In this document: positions 37,404 through 50,125 of the stretch, in pieces
Layout of the letters: each line of letters opens with the position of its first letter
Position numbering within the stretch: position 1 is the first letter of the stretch
From: Octopus bimaculoides
Taxonomy: Eukaryota
Reading direction: 5' to 3'
Assembly: GCF_001194135.2 (NCBI RefSeq)
Contig: NC_069007.1
Location: 6,139,132 to 6,203,131, forward strand
Length of the DNA stretch: 64,000 nt
The notes under the pieces: model-generated
What the model saw: only the letters and a program-made list of their open reading frames with translations
Told to the model about the DNA's origin: nothing
The model's database searches: none
Position numbers and translations under genes: made by a program

Positions 37404-37796
37404 TGTTGTTGGCACCGCATCACTTACAATGTTGAGGGTTCCAGTTGATCCTATCAACGGAACAGCCTGCTCGTGAAATTAACGTGCAAGTGGTTGAGCA
37501 CTCCACAGATACGTGTACCCTTAACGTAGTTCTCGAGGATATTCAGCGTGACACAGTGTGACAAGGCTGACCCTTTGAATTACAGGTACAACAGAAACAG
37601 AAACAGGAAACAAGAGTGAGAGAAAGTTGTGGTGGAAGAGTACAGCAGGGTTCGCCACCATCCCTTGCCGGAGCCTCGTGGAGCTTTTTAGGTGTTTTCG
37701 CTCAATAAACACTCACAACGCCCGGTCTGGGAATCGAAACCGCGATCCTATGACAGCGAGTCCGCTGCCATAACCACTGGGCCATTGCGCCTCCAC
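37404..37796 (-). mobile_element. Full SINE family A with 11-bp TSD atgttcagtct
   Basis: TSD at 37393 and 37797. Confidence 0.95.
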
Positions 37797-38029
37797 ATGT
37801 TCAGTCTACTGCAGGAAGAAAGCCCCAACATATTCTCTCCATTAACCATGGTCTGTTGTGCAGGCAGTGAATTTGATCTTCGGGTCATACTGGTTCGATT
37901 CCCCTGCTCTGCCAAAGTGGCCCAACATGGCTTTGTTGTAGGGGGCATTGTTTTCATTTTATTCTTTTACTCTTATCCAGGAGTTGTTAAATCGATTACA
38001 TCTCAGGACTTTAATACCTGAATATAATG

Positions 38030-38270
38030 TCAGGTGACGAGCTGGCAGAATCATTAGCACACGGGGCAAAAGGCCTAGTGCAATCTTGTCTGTCTTTATT
38101 AAGTTCTGGGGTTCAAATTCTGCCATGGTCGACTTTGCCATTTATCCTTTCAGAGTCGATGAAACAAGTACCAGTTGTGTACTGGGGTCGATGTCATTGA
38201 CTTACATCCTCTCTCGAACGTGCTGGCCTTGTCCCAAAATATGACACCAATATCTGAATGTAATACCTTT
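38030..38270 (+). mobile_element. tRNA-SINE family D
   Basis: gagctggcagaatc head; central atcctttc.gggtcgat...agtaccag box; many further copies at 34.6, 39.6-40.3, 42.8-43.3, 45.8, 52.8-53.2, 56.0 kb. Confidence 0.8.
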
Positions 38271-38329
38271 CTTTTCCTGGATGCTGATATGCGTAAACAA
38301 ACAAGGATTCGACTGCTATTTCTAACAAG

Positions 38330-38510
38330 TTCAAATGACCACATCCACTCTGCCTTTATTGGTTTGACCAATTCAGTGATTGCAATCGGTAAGAAATCTC
38401 AGCTCAGTAAACTTTACTAATAAATATTGCAAATGTATATTAACGACTGTAATTCCTGCTTTCATGGCTTCCCTAAATAATGTATAACAGGGCTCTGTTG
38501 CCAAAAAAGG
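38330..38510 (+). pseudogene. LRR-like paralogous segment 2
   Basis: LTTVIPAFMASLNNV aligns with LIPAPMVSRNNV at 42020. Confidence 0.35.
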
Positions 38511-38519
38511 ATTAGCATT

Positions 38520-39090
38520 TGTCATCATTACCTTCGTCATTGTCGTCGTCATCGCCATCATTATCATCAACATCATTGTTTTCATCTCCATCACCATCAT
38601 GACCTTCATTATCATCCTCCTACCGCTCCTCCTTCTCATCATCATCATCATCACTAATAGCAGCCACAGCAGCAACACCGTCGTCACCCCCACTGCTACC
38701 ACCACCACCACCACTACCGTCACCATTACCACCATGACCATCATTATCATCATCACCATTATCATCATCATTATCACCACCACCACCACCACTGCCACTG
38801 CAACTTCTGTCATGATCATCATTGCTGTCATCATCATCATCATATACCATCGTCATCATGGCCGTCATCGTTATCGTCATGATGAGCAGTAGTAGCAGCA
38901 GCACCACCACCACTACTACCACTGTCACCATTATCACCATCATTACCACATTATCATTATGGATCACCACCAGCACCACTTTTGTCATTATCATCATCAT
39001 CATCATCATCATCATTGTCGTCATCATCATTCTCATCAGCAGCAGCAGCAGTACTACCACCCCATCACCACCACCACCACCATCATCTTA
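38520..39090 (+). repeat. Cryptic (ATC/ACC/AGC)n tract
   Basis: Degenerate triplet repeat. Confidence 0.9.
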
Positions 39091-39320
39091 AGGATTCCGT
39101 GATTGCATTTGGTGAGGTGTGTGCAAGAGTACACATACAGCGTGGCAGAACTAACATCATCAGTCAGATTGATTTGGTTTGGCTGATGCAACTGGAAAAG
39201 GAACCATTCCTCCCCAGCAACCAGTTGTAATAAATAAGCATTATGTGTTACCCTTATCTAATTTTAAATTCCTGCTCCAAAGATTTGTCTTGAGAATTTA
39301 CAGTGCTCTATAATATAAGC

Positions 39321-39555
39321 AGTGGAGGCGCGTGGCCTAGTGGTTAGGGTGTCAGCATCATGATCGTAAGATTGTGGTTTCGATTTCTGGACCGGGCGAC
39401 GCGTTGTGTTCTTGAGCAAAACACTTCATTTCACGTTGCTCCAGTCCAATCAGCTGGCAAAAATGAGTAACGCTGCAATGGACTGGGGAACACATACGCC
39501 ATTGAAACCGGGAAACAGGGCCCATGAGCCTGACTAGGCTTTAAAAGGGCGCATT
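39321..39555 (+). mobile_element. tRNA-SINE family E (V-domain-like gatggactgg box)
   Basis: gtggaggcgcgtggcctagtggttaggg head; related copies at 62990-63480 (minus). Confidence 0.8.
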
Positions 39556-40215
39556 TATTTTATTTATATATATTATAAGCAAGTGGTTAGCATTCAAGAC
39601 ATTGTTTTATAGGGGTCATTTGGAGGGTCTTGTTATATTGTTTTCGGGGGTGGGGTGCGGTGGGTCGATTCCATTGGCCCCATCGGCTTAACTAGTATTT
39701 CTATTAAGAACTCCGAAAGGATGAAAAGCAAAGTTAACTGGAATTTGAACTCAAAACAAAGATGAATGAAAAGCCATTCAGCATTTTGCCTGGCATGCTA
39801 ACCATTCTGCACAAGGCCAGCAATTTCAGCAGAGGGGTAAGTGGATTACGATGACCTCAGTTTACAGCTGGTACTTATTCTATTAATTCCAAAAAGGTCT
39901 AAGGCAAAGTAATCCTCAGCAGGATTTGAACTCAGGACGTAAAGACACCACAAAATGCTGCTAATCGTTCAGCCAGGGCATCACCTTTAAGAAAAAAATA
40001 TTGGTTACAAATTTTGGCACGAGGCCAGCAATTTCAGGGGCCAGGTGGTTAAGTTGATTACTTCAGCCCCAGGGTGCAACAGTCACTTATTTTTACCAAC
40101 CCTTAAAAGATGAATGGCAAAGTCAAATTTGGTGGAATTTGAACAAAAAAAGGAAAAATGGACAAAGTGCCAAGAATTTAGACTCACATGCTAACCATTC
40201 TACTAGATCAATGCC

Positions 40216-40280
<65 letters not shown>

Positions 40281-40377
40281 CCTTTCTACTAGAGGCACAA
40301 GGCCTGAAATTTTGGAGATGGGGATAGTTGTCAGTTATAATTTGATTACTGTGGCCATGCTGGAGCACCACCTTTAG

Positions 40378-40500
40378 TGTTGATTTGAAGTCCAAAAGTT
40401 TGTCAATGGTCTCCTTCCAAATGATAAAACAGTCATCCAAGTACCTTTTCCAGCCTTCTTTTATGTAATGGTTAAATGGGTAACCATATTTTTGAAGAGA
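40378..40500 (-). mobile_element. Penelope-like RT catalytic fragment
   Basis: GWKRYLDDCFIIWKETIDKLLDFKSTL. Confidence 0.75.
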
Positions 40501-40779
40501 TCCAAAAATGAATCCTGTCCCATCTAGATGGGGAATTTATGTCATGGAAACCAGGAATCCAGCCCCTATGAGTCGACATGACTTGAGAAGGTAACTTCAC
40601 TACACAGTGGGATTGAATCTAGAACCTTGTGGTTGGGAAGCAGAGTTCTTACCACACAGCCATGGCTGGGCCAATACCAACATGTGCCATGACTGAGGCC
40701 CCAGTTTTCACTTTATCAAAATTTAGAGACATTTGGCTAACTTTGTATTCACATGGATCTTTGTGGTGGAGCGGGCTAT

Positions 40780-41210
40780 GCCTCAAAATCCAAGAATGAC
40801 TTGTACATCATATCACATATATTGGCTCGACAGATTCTGTGATCGCAACTAGAGAAGAATGGTGTATGGCACCTAACATCAATCGGATTAATTAGGTTCC
40901 GTTAATATCATTGGAAGAGAAAAATTCCTGATTGGCAAAATGTAATAAACATTATGCATTGAAATTATTCAATATCAATTCCGGTTCCTAAGGTATCTCG
41001 CAATAACAGATTATCATATTTAGAATTAGCAGGTGATTAGCAGTCGTGTTAGTTTTTGTAGGGGTCCTTTGAAGTGGTTTGGTTAATTAATTCATTAATT
41101 CAGAAACCTGTTTCTGTAATGAATAACAGGGATCCTGCTTATTGCATACAAATCAATTTTGAGATTTCAATATCCATGATTGTAAAAAGTATGTACAGTA
41201 AATGCTGCCG
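40780..41210 (+). pseudogene. LRR-like paralogous segment 3
   Basis: Roughly 75-80% identical by eye to 41850-42250. Confidence 0.4.
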
Positions 41211-41599
41211 TTGTTGTTGTTGTTGAGCTTTTCTAGAGGTCACAAACCCATGATCAGGTTTCATATGTGAATGAATAAAAGTTAATTTAAGGGGAATTGT
41301 TATTGGTGTCATCAACATCATGAACATCATCATCATCATTGCCCATCTTGTCATCTTCATCATCATCATCATTTTCCTCCTCCTCCTCACCATCTTTATC
41401 ATCATCATCATCATCATCAACATTATCATCAATATTGCGATTATCATCATCATTGTCATCATCATCGTCATCCTCATCATCAATATCACCATTAATATCA
41501 TCAACATCATCATCATCATTGTTCTAATCATCATGTTCGTCGTTATCATCATCATTATCATCGCTATCATCACCATTGTTGTTGTCACTATTTTTATAT

Positions 41600-42290
41600 C
41601 CACTTTTCTATGATGGCAGAGTCTGAAGACATTTCCAAAGTATCTTCCTAGAACTGGAAACCCTTCTGTTTGCCAACCATTTTGCAGTCATTATCCCCAA
41701 TCCACAGGAATAGAAATTATCTATATTTGTACCTGGATTCACCCGGTAACAGTTATTAGATAAATAATTACAAAGGTTTATTTGGTGGAGATGAATATAC
41801 CATAAATTCCACAAAATATTCAAAGACTACGCATGTAAAGATTAATATCAAATCTCTTATATTACCTGGGCAGATTTGATGATTGCAACTAGAAAAGATT
41901 GGCATATGGTACCTAACATCAATCAGATTAATTTGGTTTCCGTAATACCAATGGAAAAGGAAAAAAATTCCTGATCAGCAAACTGTAACAAACATTATGC
42001 ACAGAAATTATTCAATATTAATACCGGCACCTATGGTATCTCGCAATAACGTATTATCATATTTAGAATTAGCAAATGATTAGCATTCATGCTAGCTTTT
42101 GCAGGTGTCTTTTGAAGTGGTTTTATTTAATCGCTAATTCATTAATTCAGATGTTTGTTTCTATAATGAGCAACAGGGATCCTGTTGAATGCGTGCAAAT
42201 CAATTATGAGATTTTGATACCCGTGACTGTAACGATTTTATACAATAAATGCTGTTACAGTTGAGATTTTTCAAGAGCTCTCTGGTTTAT
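41600..42290 (+). pseudogene. LRR-like paralogous segment 4 with N-cap-like start
   Basis: SLKTFPKYLP, IPQNIQRL, QISYI, VPNINQINL, VLSYLELAN, LKWFYLIANSL (42112, fits LxxLxLxxNxL). Confidence 0.5.
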
Positions 42291-42627
42291 TATCTGGTTC
42301 AGGTTATGAATGAACAAGAGTTAATTTATGGGTCATCATCGTTATTACCATCATCAGTTTTCATCATTTTAGCAGTTGACATCATCATGATTGCCCTCAT
42401 CAGTTATCATCATCATCATCATCATCATCATCAATTACGTTATCATTATTCTTATCATCTTCCTCATCCTCCTCATTCTCCTCCTGTCATTATCATCATC
42501 ATCATCATCATTATGATCACTGTTGTTGTCATCATCATATTTGTAGTCATCACCACCACCACCACCACCACCACCACCATCAGCAACATTGTTATCATCG
42601 TCGTCATCATCATCATTAGACTTGTTT

Positions 42628-42830
42628 GATCAGTGCAAGTGTGAAGGTAGAAGACCTACAAAAGTCAACAGTGCTTGGAACTGCAAGAATTCTTCGGAGG
42701 GTTCTTGAAGCATGACCAGTAAACAAATGTCACCTTTGTCTGCTGGCTGTGGGCAGCTGACACTTTCCAGTATACCCAGCAAAATAAGCTGCGAGTTTTC
42801 ATCAAATAATAATAATAATAATAATAATAA
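42628..42830 (+). mobile_element. R4/Dong-like LINE 3' end
   Basis: VEDLQKSTVLGTARILRRVLEA*, short 3' UTR, (AAT)n tail. Confidence 0.75.
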
Positions 42831-43050
42831 TAATTTCTGCTAAAGGCACAAGGTATGAAATTTGGGTGGGGATGGGGTCGAGTACTAGTCGGTTTACTTC
42901 GACTCCATTACTTGACTGGCACTTAATTTATCGACCCCGAAAAGGATGAAAGGCAAAGTCAACCTCGGTGCAATTTGAACTCAGAATGTAGTGACGAAAT
43001 ACAGCTATACATTTCACCTGGTGGGCTAACGATCCTGCTAGCTCACTGCC

Positions 43051-43085
<35 letters not shown>

Positions 43086-43284
43086 TTCTACAATAGGGGA
43101 TCTTGGAGGAGGGTATAAGTCAATTACATCGACCCCAGTACATAACTGGTACTTAATTTATCGACCCCAAAAGGATGAAAGTCAATGTTGACCTTGGTGG
43201 AATTTGAACTCGGAATGTGGCGATGGGCAAAATATCGCTAAGCATTTCGTCCAAATAATAATAATAACGATGATCAATGAAGGA

Positions 43285-43650
43285 CTCTTCCGTTGAAGAC
43301 AACATGAGTGTTCAGCTTTTGCCGAACGACCTGCACAAAGGATTTGTTTGTAGGGATGAAGTATGTGTGCCATGCATTAGGTCCCTCTCTCCATCAAATC
43401 AACGGTGTCTGAACAGGTGTACAGGTGTACCAAGCGTCAGGTGTACCAAGCGTCAGGTGTACCAAGCGTCAGGTGTACCAAGCGTCAGGTGTACCAAGTG
43501 TCAGGTGTACCAAGCGTCAGGTGTCGAAGTGACAGCAGAGTAACGTGAGGTGAAGTGCTTTGCTCAAGAAGACAATGCACTGCCCAGTCTAGGAAATGAA
43601 ATCATGATCACTAGATCAGGAATGCAACACCTTAACTACGAGCTCATGTG
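43285..43650 (-). mobile_element. tRNA-SINE (E-like head, different body) with internal 16-bp minisatellite
   Basis: Related copy at 60490-60745 lacks the expansion. Confidence 0.7.
43422..43517 (+). repeat. 16-bp minisatellite x6 (caggtgtaccaagcgt)
   Basis: Six adjacent units, no spacers. Confidence 0.95.
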
Positions 43651-43730
43651 CTGTCATAATAATAACAATAATGATAATAATAACAATAATGATAATAATA
43701 ACAATAATGATAATAATAATAATAATAATC

Positions 43731-44108
43731 GTGGAGGCGCAATGGACCAGTGGTTAGGGCTTTGGACTCACGGTCATAGGATCGCGGTTTCAATTCCCAG
43801 ACCAGGCGTTGTGAATGTTTATAAAGCGAAAACACCTAAAGCTCCATGAGGCTCCGGCAGGGGATGGTGGCGAACCCTGCTGTACTCTTCCACCACAACT
43901 TTCTCTCACTCTTACTTCCTGTGCTTGTAATTCAAAGGGTTAGCCTTGTCACACTCTGAGTCACGCTGTATCTCCCCCGAGAACTACGTCAGGGGCACAC
44001 GTGTCTGTGGAGTGCTCAGCCACTTGCACGTTGATTTCACGAGCAGGCTGTTCCGTTGATCGGATCAACTGGAACCCTCGACGTTGTAAGCGACGGAGTG
44101 CCGACAAC
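43731..44108 (+). mobile_element. Full SINE family A with 7-bp TSD aataatc
   Basis: TSD at 43724 and 44109. Confidence 0.95.
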
Positions 44109-44860
44109 AATAATCACATCAAGAATTTTAAATGGACAACAGCATGATTGTGGAAACATTTGAGATTTATGCTAAAGAAGGAAACAGACACAAAAAGTAA
44201 TGTAATTTTGAATGTAAATGATGAAAATGATGAGGAGAATGTGTCTGGTGAAATTAAAAATATCAAAATGTTATCTAATGTGAGAGAAAATATTCTGAGG
44301 GAGAGGTGGGGGAATAATTGTGGATTAATAAAATAGTTATGATTTAAATGCAAATGAGCTTTTGATGATTAAAAAATCATTTTTATATTTTTGGTGGGGA
44401 AAGAGTTGATAGTTGATAACTAGATTGTTTTCTTTCTTTGATTCTAAAGTCGGACAGTCAGATACCAAAATTTAATGGCAGTGGAAACAGGCCATCAACA
44501 AACTACTTGGTATTCTTTTCAAATAATCTGCTTGTTTGACCTGTGAAATATAACAACCAAAAATCTCACAGTTTCTACATTATTATCATGTTAAATTAAA
44601 ACAGATACAAACAAAATGAACTCTGATTTACACTATATTCATTTACTGGCTTTGTGGTTAAGAAGCTTGCTTTCCAACCACGTGGTTTCGGGTTCAAATT
44701 TGCAGCATAAAGGCCTGACACAGAGGGAACAGCACAAGGAAAGACGAACACACAAGTGGAGAAAATGATAAAACGAATGAAAAAAGATAAGATTGAATGC
44801 AGAATGGAATGACGGCCTCTCAAAACCCCCCACACTCCGAGCAACCACATTGAACTCGTT

Positions 44861-45335
44861 TTATACCAAATTACCACTTAAGATGTATCTTTTCTTTTTC
44901 AAAATTAAAATGTCTTTCAAACTCACCGATGGTGGCAACGTGTCAAAGTCTATCTCTTCGCATATCACATACACCTTCTCACCAAACTTCCCCCTCAGTC
45001 TGTGAAGGTGCTCTCTGCTCATGACAGCATATCTCATTTGTGAGGGACACCACTTGCAACCCAAAACAGCCACTTTGGTAATGTCTTTTAAACTGTCGAT
45101 TTTCTTTAAGACATTATAAGAAATGGCACAACTCTTTCCAGAGGCTGGGGGCTAGGGAGTTTGTGGCTCTTGTATGTCTGTATGTATTTCTGTAGGGACA
45201 AGGTCAGGGTCAGTGTTGGGTGGGGCAGGATGAGGGCTGGTGTCTGCAGGACTAGGGCGGGGCGGAGTTGGGCAGGATGGGGGCAGGGTAGGAGTGAGGC
45301 GGAGGTCATAGTCACTGGTGTGGGTCCTCTTCCTT
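44861..45335 (-). other. Unidentified ~155-codon frame with one stop (LINE ORF1-like relic or exon)
   Basis: RRKRTHTSDYDL...Pro-rich...EPQTP*PPASGKSCAISYNVLKKIDSLKDITKVAVLGCKWCPSQMRYAVMSREHL...FDTLPPS; CG|GTGAGT at ~44930. Confidence 0.35.
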
Positions 45336-45344
45336 CTCTTCTTG

Positions 45345-45720
45345 TTTCATTTTGAAACAATCGCCTTTAGTCGAGCAAATCAACCCCAGGACTTATTCTT
45401 CGGAAGCCTAGTACTTATTCTATCAGTCTCTTTTGCCGAACCGCTAAGTTACAGGGACGTAAACACGCCAGCATCGGTTGTCAAGCGATGTTGGGGGGAC
45501 AAACACAGATACACAAACACACATACATATATACACACATATATATATACATATATACGACGGGCTTCTTTCAGTTTCCGTCTACAAATTCCACTAACTA
45601 GGCTTTGGTCGGCCCGAGGCTATAGTAGAAGACACTTGCCCAAGGTGCCACTCAGTGGGATTGAATCCAGAACCATGTGGTTGGTAAGCAAGCTACTTAC
45701 CACACAGCCACTCCTGCGCC
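45345..45720 (-). mobile_element. SINE family C
   Basis: Near-full copy. Confidence 0.95.
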
Positions 45721-46440
45721 TATCTCTGCTGAAGTTACTTCTTTAATGCTATATTGCTTTAGATATTGATTTTCAAAGTTCGGCACAAGGCCTGCAATTT
45801 TGGAGGAGGGGTGAGTCAATTGCATCAACCCTAGTGTTCAACTGGTGCTTATTTTATCAACCCTGAAAAGAATGAAAGACAAAGTTGACCTCAGCGGAAT
45901 TTGAACTCATAAGGTAAAGATGGCTGAAGTGTTGCTAAGCATTTTCCCCGGCATGCTAACAATTCTACCAGCTTCCTTCCCTTTGAATATTGCATGTTTT
46001 AATACACTAAAATCATTTTCTCCTAAATATGTGGCTGCAATCGGGATGCATCTATTAAACCCATGCAATCAAATAAGATAAAATTCCTATAATTATTCTA
46101 TTATTCCGTTATTATGTTATTTATTCCTAGTTGTTCCATCACTAAATCTCCTCTATTTGCTAGCTGAATTTATTGATCTGCAATTAAAGATTAAAGAATT
46201 AGATCATTGATTTCAGTTCATTGATTTTAGTTCATGATTTTAGTTTATGATTGATTAAGATATTAAAATCGTTGAAGGATTTCAGCTGATTGTATTGAAC
46301 CCTGTACTTGGTTTAAAGTATGGTGAATAATTTATTGATTTTTAATTCATCAAATGCAATGTTAGATGACATAAATGTGAAACGCTGTTTATTGAATGGT
46401 ATTTAATGTAAAGCCACATACATATATGCAAATATATATA

Positions 46441-46820
46441 CAGGTATGGCTGTGTGGTAAGAAGCGTGCCTTCTAACCACATGGTTCTGGTTTCAGTCCC
46501 ACTGTGTGGCACCTTAAGCAAGTGTTTTCTACTATAGTCTTGGGCTGACCAAAGCCTTATGAGTGGGATTGGTAGACGGTAACTGAGAGAAGCCCACTGT
46601 GTGTGTGTGTGTGTGTGTGCGTGTCTGTATTTGTCCCCTACCACTGCTTGACAACTGGTGTTGATGTGTTTATGTGCCTGTCACTTAGCAGTTCAGCAAA
46701 AGAGACCAATTGAATAAGTACGAAGCTTGAAAAATGAAAAAAGTACTGGGATCAATGAGTTGGACTAAAATTCTTGAAGGCAGTCTTCCAGCATGGCCAC
46801 AGTCTAATGACTGAAAGAAG
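46441..46820 (+). mobile_element. SINE family C
   Basis: Full, moderately diverged. Confidence 0.9.
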
Positions 46821-46844
46821 TGAATGAATATATATATGTATGTA

Positions 46845-46875
<31 letters not shown>

Positions 46876-46949
46876 ATGTATGTATGTATGTGTGTGTGTA
46901 TATATATATATATATATACATACATTGTTCACAGACTCTGCAGATCAAA

Positions 46950-47235
46950 CTTTACCTCTTCTTCACTACACTGGTGATGTGTATTCAAGCAGCTCCCCTA
47001 TATTCAGCATGAAAAATGCAAGTTTCTTTGAAAATAACCCCTCCTTCCTTCATTTGTTTTTCTCCGTTGGTGCCAATGGCAAGCATGGATTTTGCAGTTA
47101 ACCACAAACTCGCATTCCTTCAACGAGGACTTTATGCCATCCTCAAACCACAATCTTGGCTTCTGCGGTTGGTGCTTTCCACAAACAAATTCACCATACA
47201 GCTTCTGTTTAGGAATCATACACTTATGGCTATCA
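46950..47235 (-). mobile_element. RTE-clade LINE C-terminal relic
   Basis: IPKQKLYGEFVCGKHQPQKPRLWFEDGIKSSLK matches the RTE motif RIPKQLLYGEL..GKR..G.P.LRYKD. Confidence 0.75.
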
Positions 47236-47916
47236 AGTCTGTAGAGTTACAACACAAATACAAATGATGCGAATGCAAAAAATATTCAAGAAATAAATGG
47301 AAAAATCATTGGAAGCCGAGAGCAAGTAACTAGCCAGAAATTACTTTACTTATCTCAGACATCATTAAGGTCAGGTATTTCACCTTTTAACACTCAAAAC
47401 CACCGAAACTGTGAAGAATACATCTTGACACAAACAGACTATTACTGGCATAAATTCATTAACCTGGTACAAGTTTGGCAGCTGGGAATTAGAAACGAAA
47501 GTGCCAACAAGCCATTGTTTTGAATAAAAGTGAATAAATTGAGTGTTTCTTTCTTAATCATATAAATTATGCATTAATAAAGTATATATTTTAGTCTCAT
47601 TATCAGGGAAGTGACCCTGCTTATCTTTGTTGATGTAATTATCAACTGAATGATTCCGTGCACTCAGCTACGAAAATGTTCTGTTTATTTCATGACATTA
47701 TATTTTTACAGCAACATGATATATATATATTTTATTATATGTATTTATTTTCTCTTAGTTAACAATTAGCTCCGACAAAATAAATTGGTTAATCGATACC
47801 AGGGTAGCAAAGATCACAAAATGACGTGGTGTAACTCCTGTTTATGAGGTAGAAACTCCCTGTTATTTTGGGTATTATATATATATGTACATATATATAG
47901 AGAGAGAGATAGATAT

Positions 47917-48052
47917 GTCCATTCAATTTCTTGAGTAAGTTGAGTGTCTGCCATTATTATTTTCTGAAACAATGATTATACGGAGTCAGCAATAAATGTA
48001 GCCCAAAATATGCACCCCAAAAAAGATTTCCTTAAATACCTTATGCACTCTG
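47917..48052 (-). mobile_element. maT-type transposon 5' end
   Basis: cagagtgcataaggtatttaaggaaat TIR, then atggcagacactcaacttactcaagaa; homologous to 50126. Confidence 0.7.
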
Positions 48053-48143
48053 TCTGTCTGTCTGTCTACCTATTTATCTATCTATCTATCTATATATACA
48101 TATATATATAATCAAAATAAGCAACACGGATTTTAAAGATGAT

Positions 48144-48231
48144 TGCAGTACGCACGTTTCATGCTACTTCATTTATTTAAGTAATGCGAGCATTACATTA
48201 AATGCAATATGTAGAGCATTCTTCAGCTGCA
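48144..48231 (-). ncRNA. Type-I hammerhead ribozyme motif, complete core
   Basis: tgcag CTGAAGA atgct...agcat GAAA cg-tg-cg TA ctgca; stems I, II and III all pair; GUA triplet. Confidence 0.7.
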
Positions 48232-49741
48232 CGAAAATGCAGAAAATTACAGTAGAATAGACATATTATAATTGTGGGAACATTTCAAATCCAAGTGGGA
48301 GGAAGAATACATAAAAATCTATTTTGACATAGCCAAGTCTATCAGGCTAATAATTGGTTCTAGGCAAAAATTCTGACTGTCTCTAATTTTATTGTCTCTT
48401 ATCTAGTAGTAATAGTATAAGGGACAATCACTTCTAAGGAAAGGGAAGGTGTAAGCATTATGCATGGACATGGCTATAAAGGATATGGTTATAAAGGATT
48501 CTCTGGTGAGAGTGGCAACACTCTTATAGGTTGGGTTTTTTTACTACTATCAAAATGTTGAGGAATTAAACCCTAGGTATATAGGTCAAACAGGGTTTTT
48601 TCTTTAGTCTGAATAGAGCATAAGTATTGTTTTACAGACATCAATATTGGTTTAAACAATATTTTAACTTGTGATAAATAAGATTTCAACTTTACTCCAT
48701 AGAAGATATTTTTTCACACCACTTCTGCTATTGCTGTTAGTTTCTCAATATATAGCTTAACCCTATATAGCTTATAAGAATTGGAAATTTTCATAAGTTT
48801 TTACTTTATTTAATGCTTGATTTTAAAAGAATCATTATTTTTTTATTACATTATTCTAGGGATTGCAGCAATAGTGTCTTGTTTTTTAAAATTTTTAACT
48901 TAAATAAATCTAATCCTTATTCAATTAATATTCTCTAATTAGCCCACGTTAATCTTAAAACAAACTCATGACTAATGAAACTTTTAATCAATCATCATGT
49001 TCCTGTATTGGATGGCCTTGTTAATTCCTAATATCATTTTTCTTTTTCTGTCCCTCAAACCTTAGTAAACCCATTATTATATAAATCCTATACTAATTTT
49101 TTTCTTTTTTTCTTCACATTATAAAAATATAGCTTAAATTTATGTGTCTTCAAAATAGTATTATTATATATATCAGCTAAAATTTTAAAATCATTTAAAA
49201 AGTAATTCAAAATAGTTTTCATGAACCCAATATACTTAATATCCTTAGACCTTACACCTTATCTATAGCCTCNNNNNNNNNNNNNNNNNNNNNNNNNNNN
49301 NNNNNNNNNNNNNNNNNNNNNNNNNNNNNNNNNNNNNNNNNNNNNNNNNNNNNNNNNNNNNNNNNNNNNNNNNNNNNNNNNNNNNNNNNNNNNNNNNNNN
49401 NNNNNNNNNNNNNNNNNNNNTGATAGTAGTAAAAAAACCCAACCTATAAGAGTGTTGCCACTCTGACCAGAGAAACCTTTATAACCATATCCTTTATAAC
49501 CATGTCCATGCATAATGCTTACACCTTCCCTTTCCTTAGAAGTGATTGTCCCTTATACTATTACTACTAGATAAGAGACAATAAAATCAGAGACAGTTAG
49601 AATTTTTGCCTAGAACCAATTATTAGCCTGATAGACTTGGCTATGTCAAGATGGATTTTTATGTATTCTTCCTCCCACTTGGATTTGAAATGTTGCCACA
49701 ATTATAATATGTCTATTCTACTGTAATTTTCTGCATTTTCG

Positions 49742-49816
49742 TGCAGCTGAAGAATGCTCTACATATTGCATTTAATTACTTAAATAAATGCAGTAGCATG
49801 AAACGTGCATACTGCA
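49742..49816 (+). ncRNA. Type-I hammerhead motif, stem III mismatched copy
   Basis: tgcag CTGAAGA atgct...agcat GAAA cgtgca TA ctgca (G16.2 to A). Confidence 0.6.
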
Positions 49817-50010
49817 ATCATCTTTAAAATCCGTGTTGCTTATTTTGATTATATATATATGTATATATAGATAGATAGATAGCTAAATAGGTAGACAGAC
49901 AGACAGACAGACAGAGTGCATAAGGTATTTAAGGAAATCTTTTTTGGGGTGCCTAAACATAAGTACCATATTCAATTTTTGAATCTATATATATATATAT
50001 ATATATGTAA

Positions 50011-50083
<73 letters not shown>

Positions 50084-50125
50084 TAGATAGATAGACAGAC
50101 AGGCAGACAGAAAGGCAGACAGACA

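Larger units (their letters stand above)
48012..49952. repeat. Long inverted repeat, ~540-bp arms (48012-48552 / 49421-49952), about 2% divergent
   Basis: Direct reverse-complement match; 11-bp indel; right arm starts at a gap edge. Confidence 0.9.

Noticed and set aside
43422-43517. CRISPR-like array
   Set aside because: Adjacent tandem units with no unique spacers, eukaryotic context, no cas genes; same for 23431-23520 and 35090-35320
48553-49272. Mitochondrial insertion (NUMT) in the spacer of the long inverted repeat
   Set aside because: Very AT-rich, but no convincing mitochondrial gene, rRNA or tRNA motif could be read; more likely decayed PLE or unique DNA
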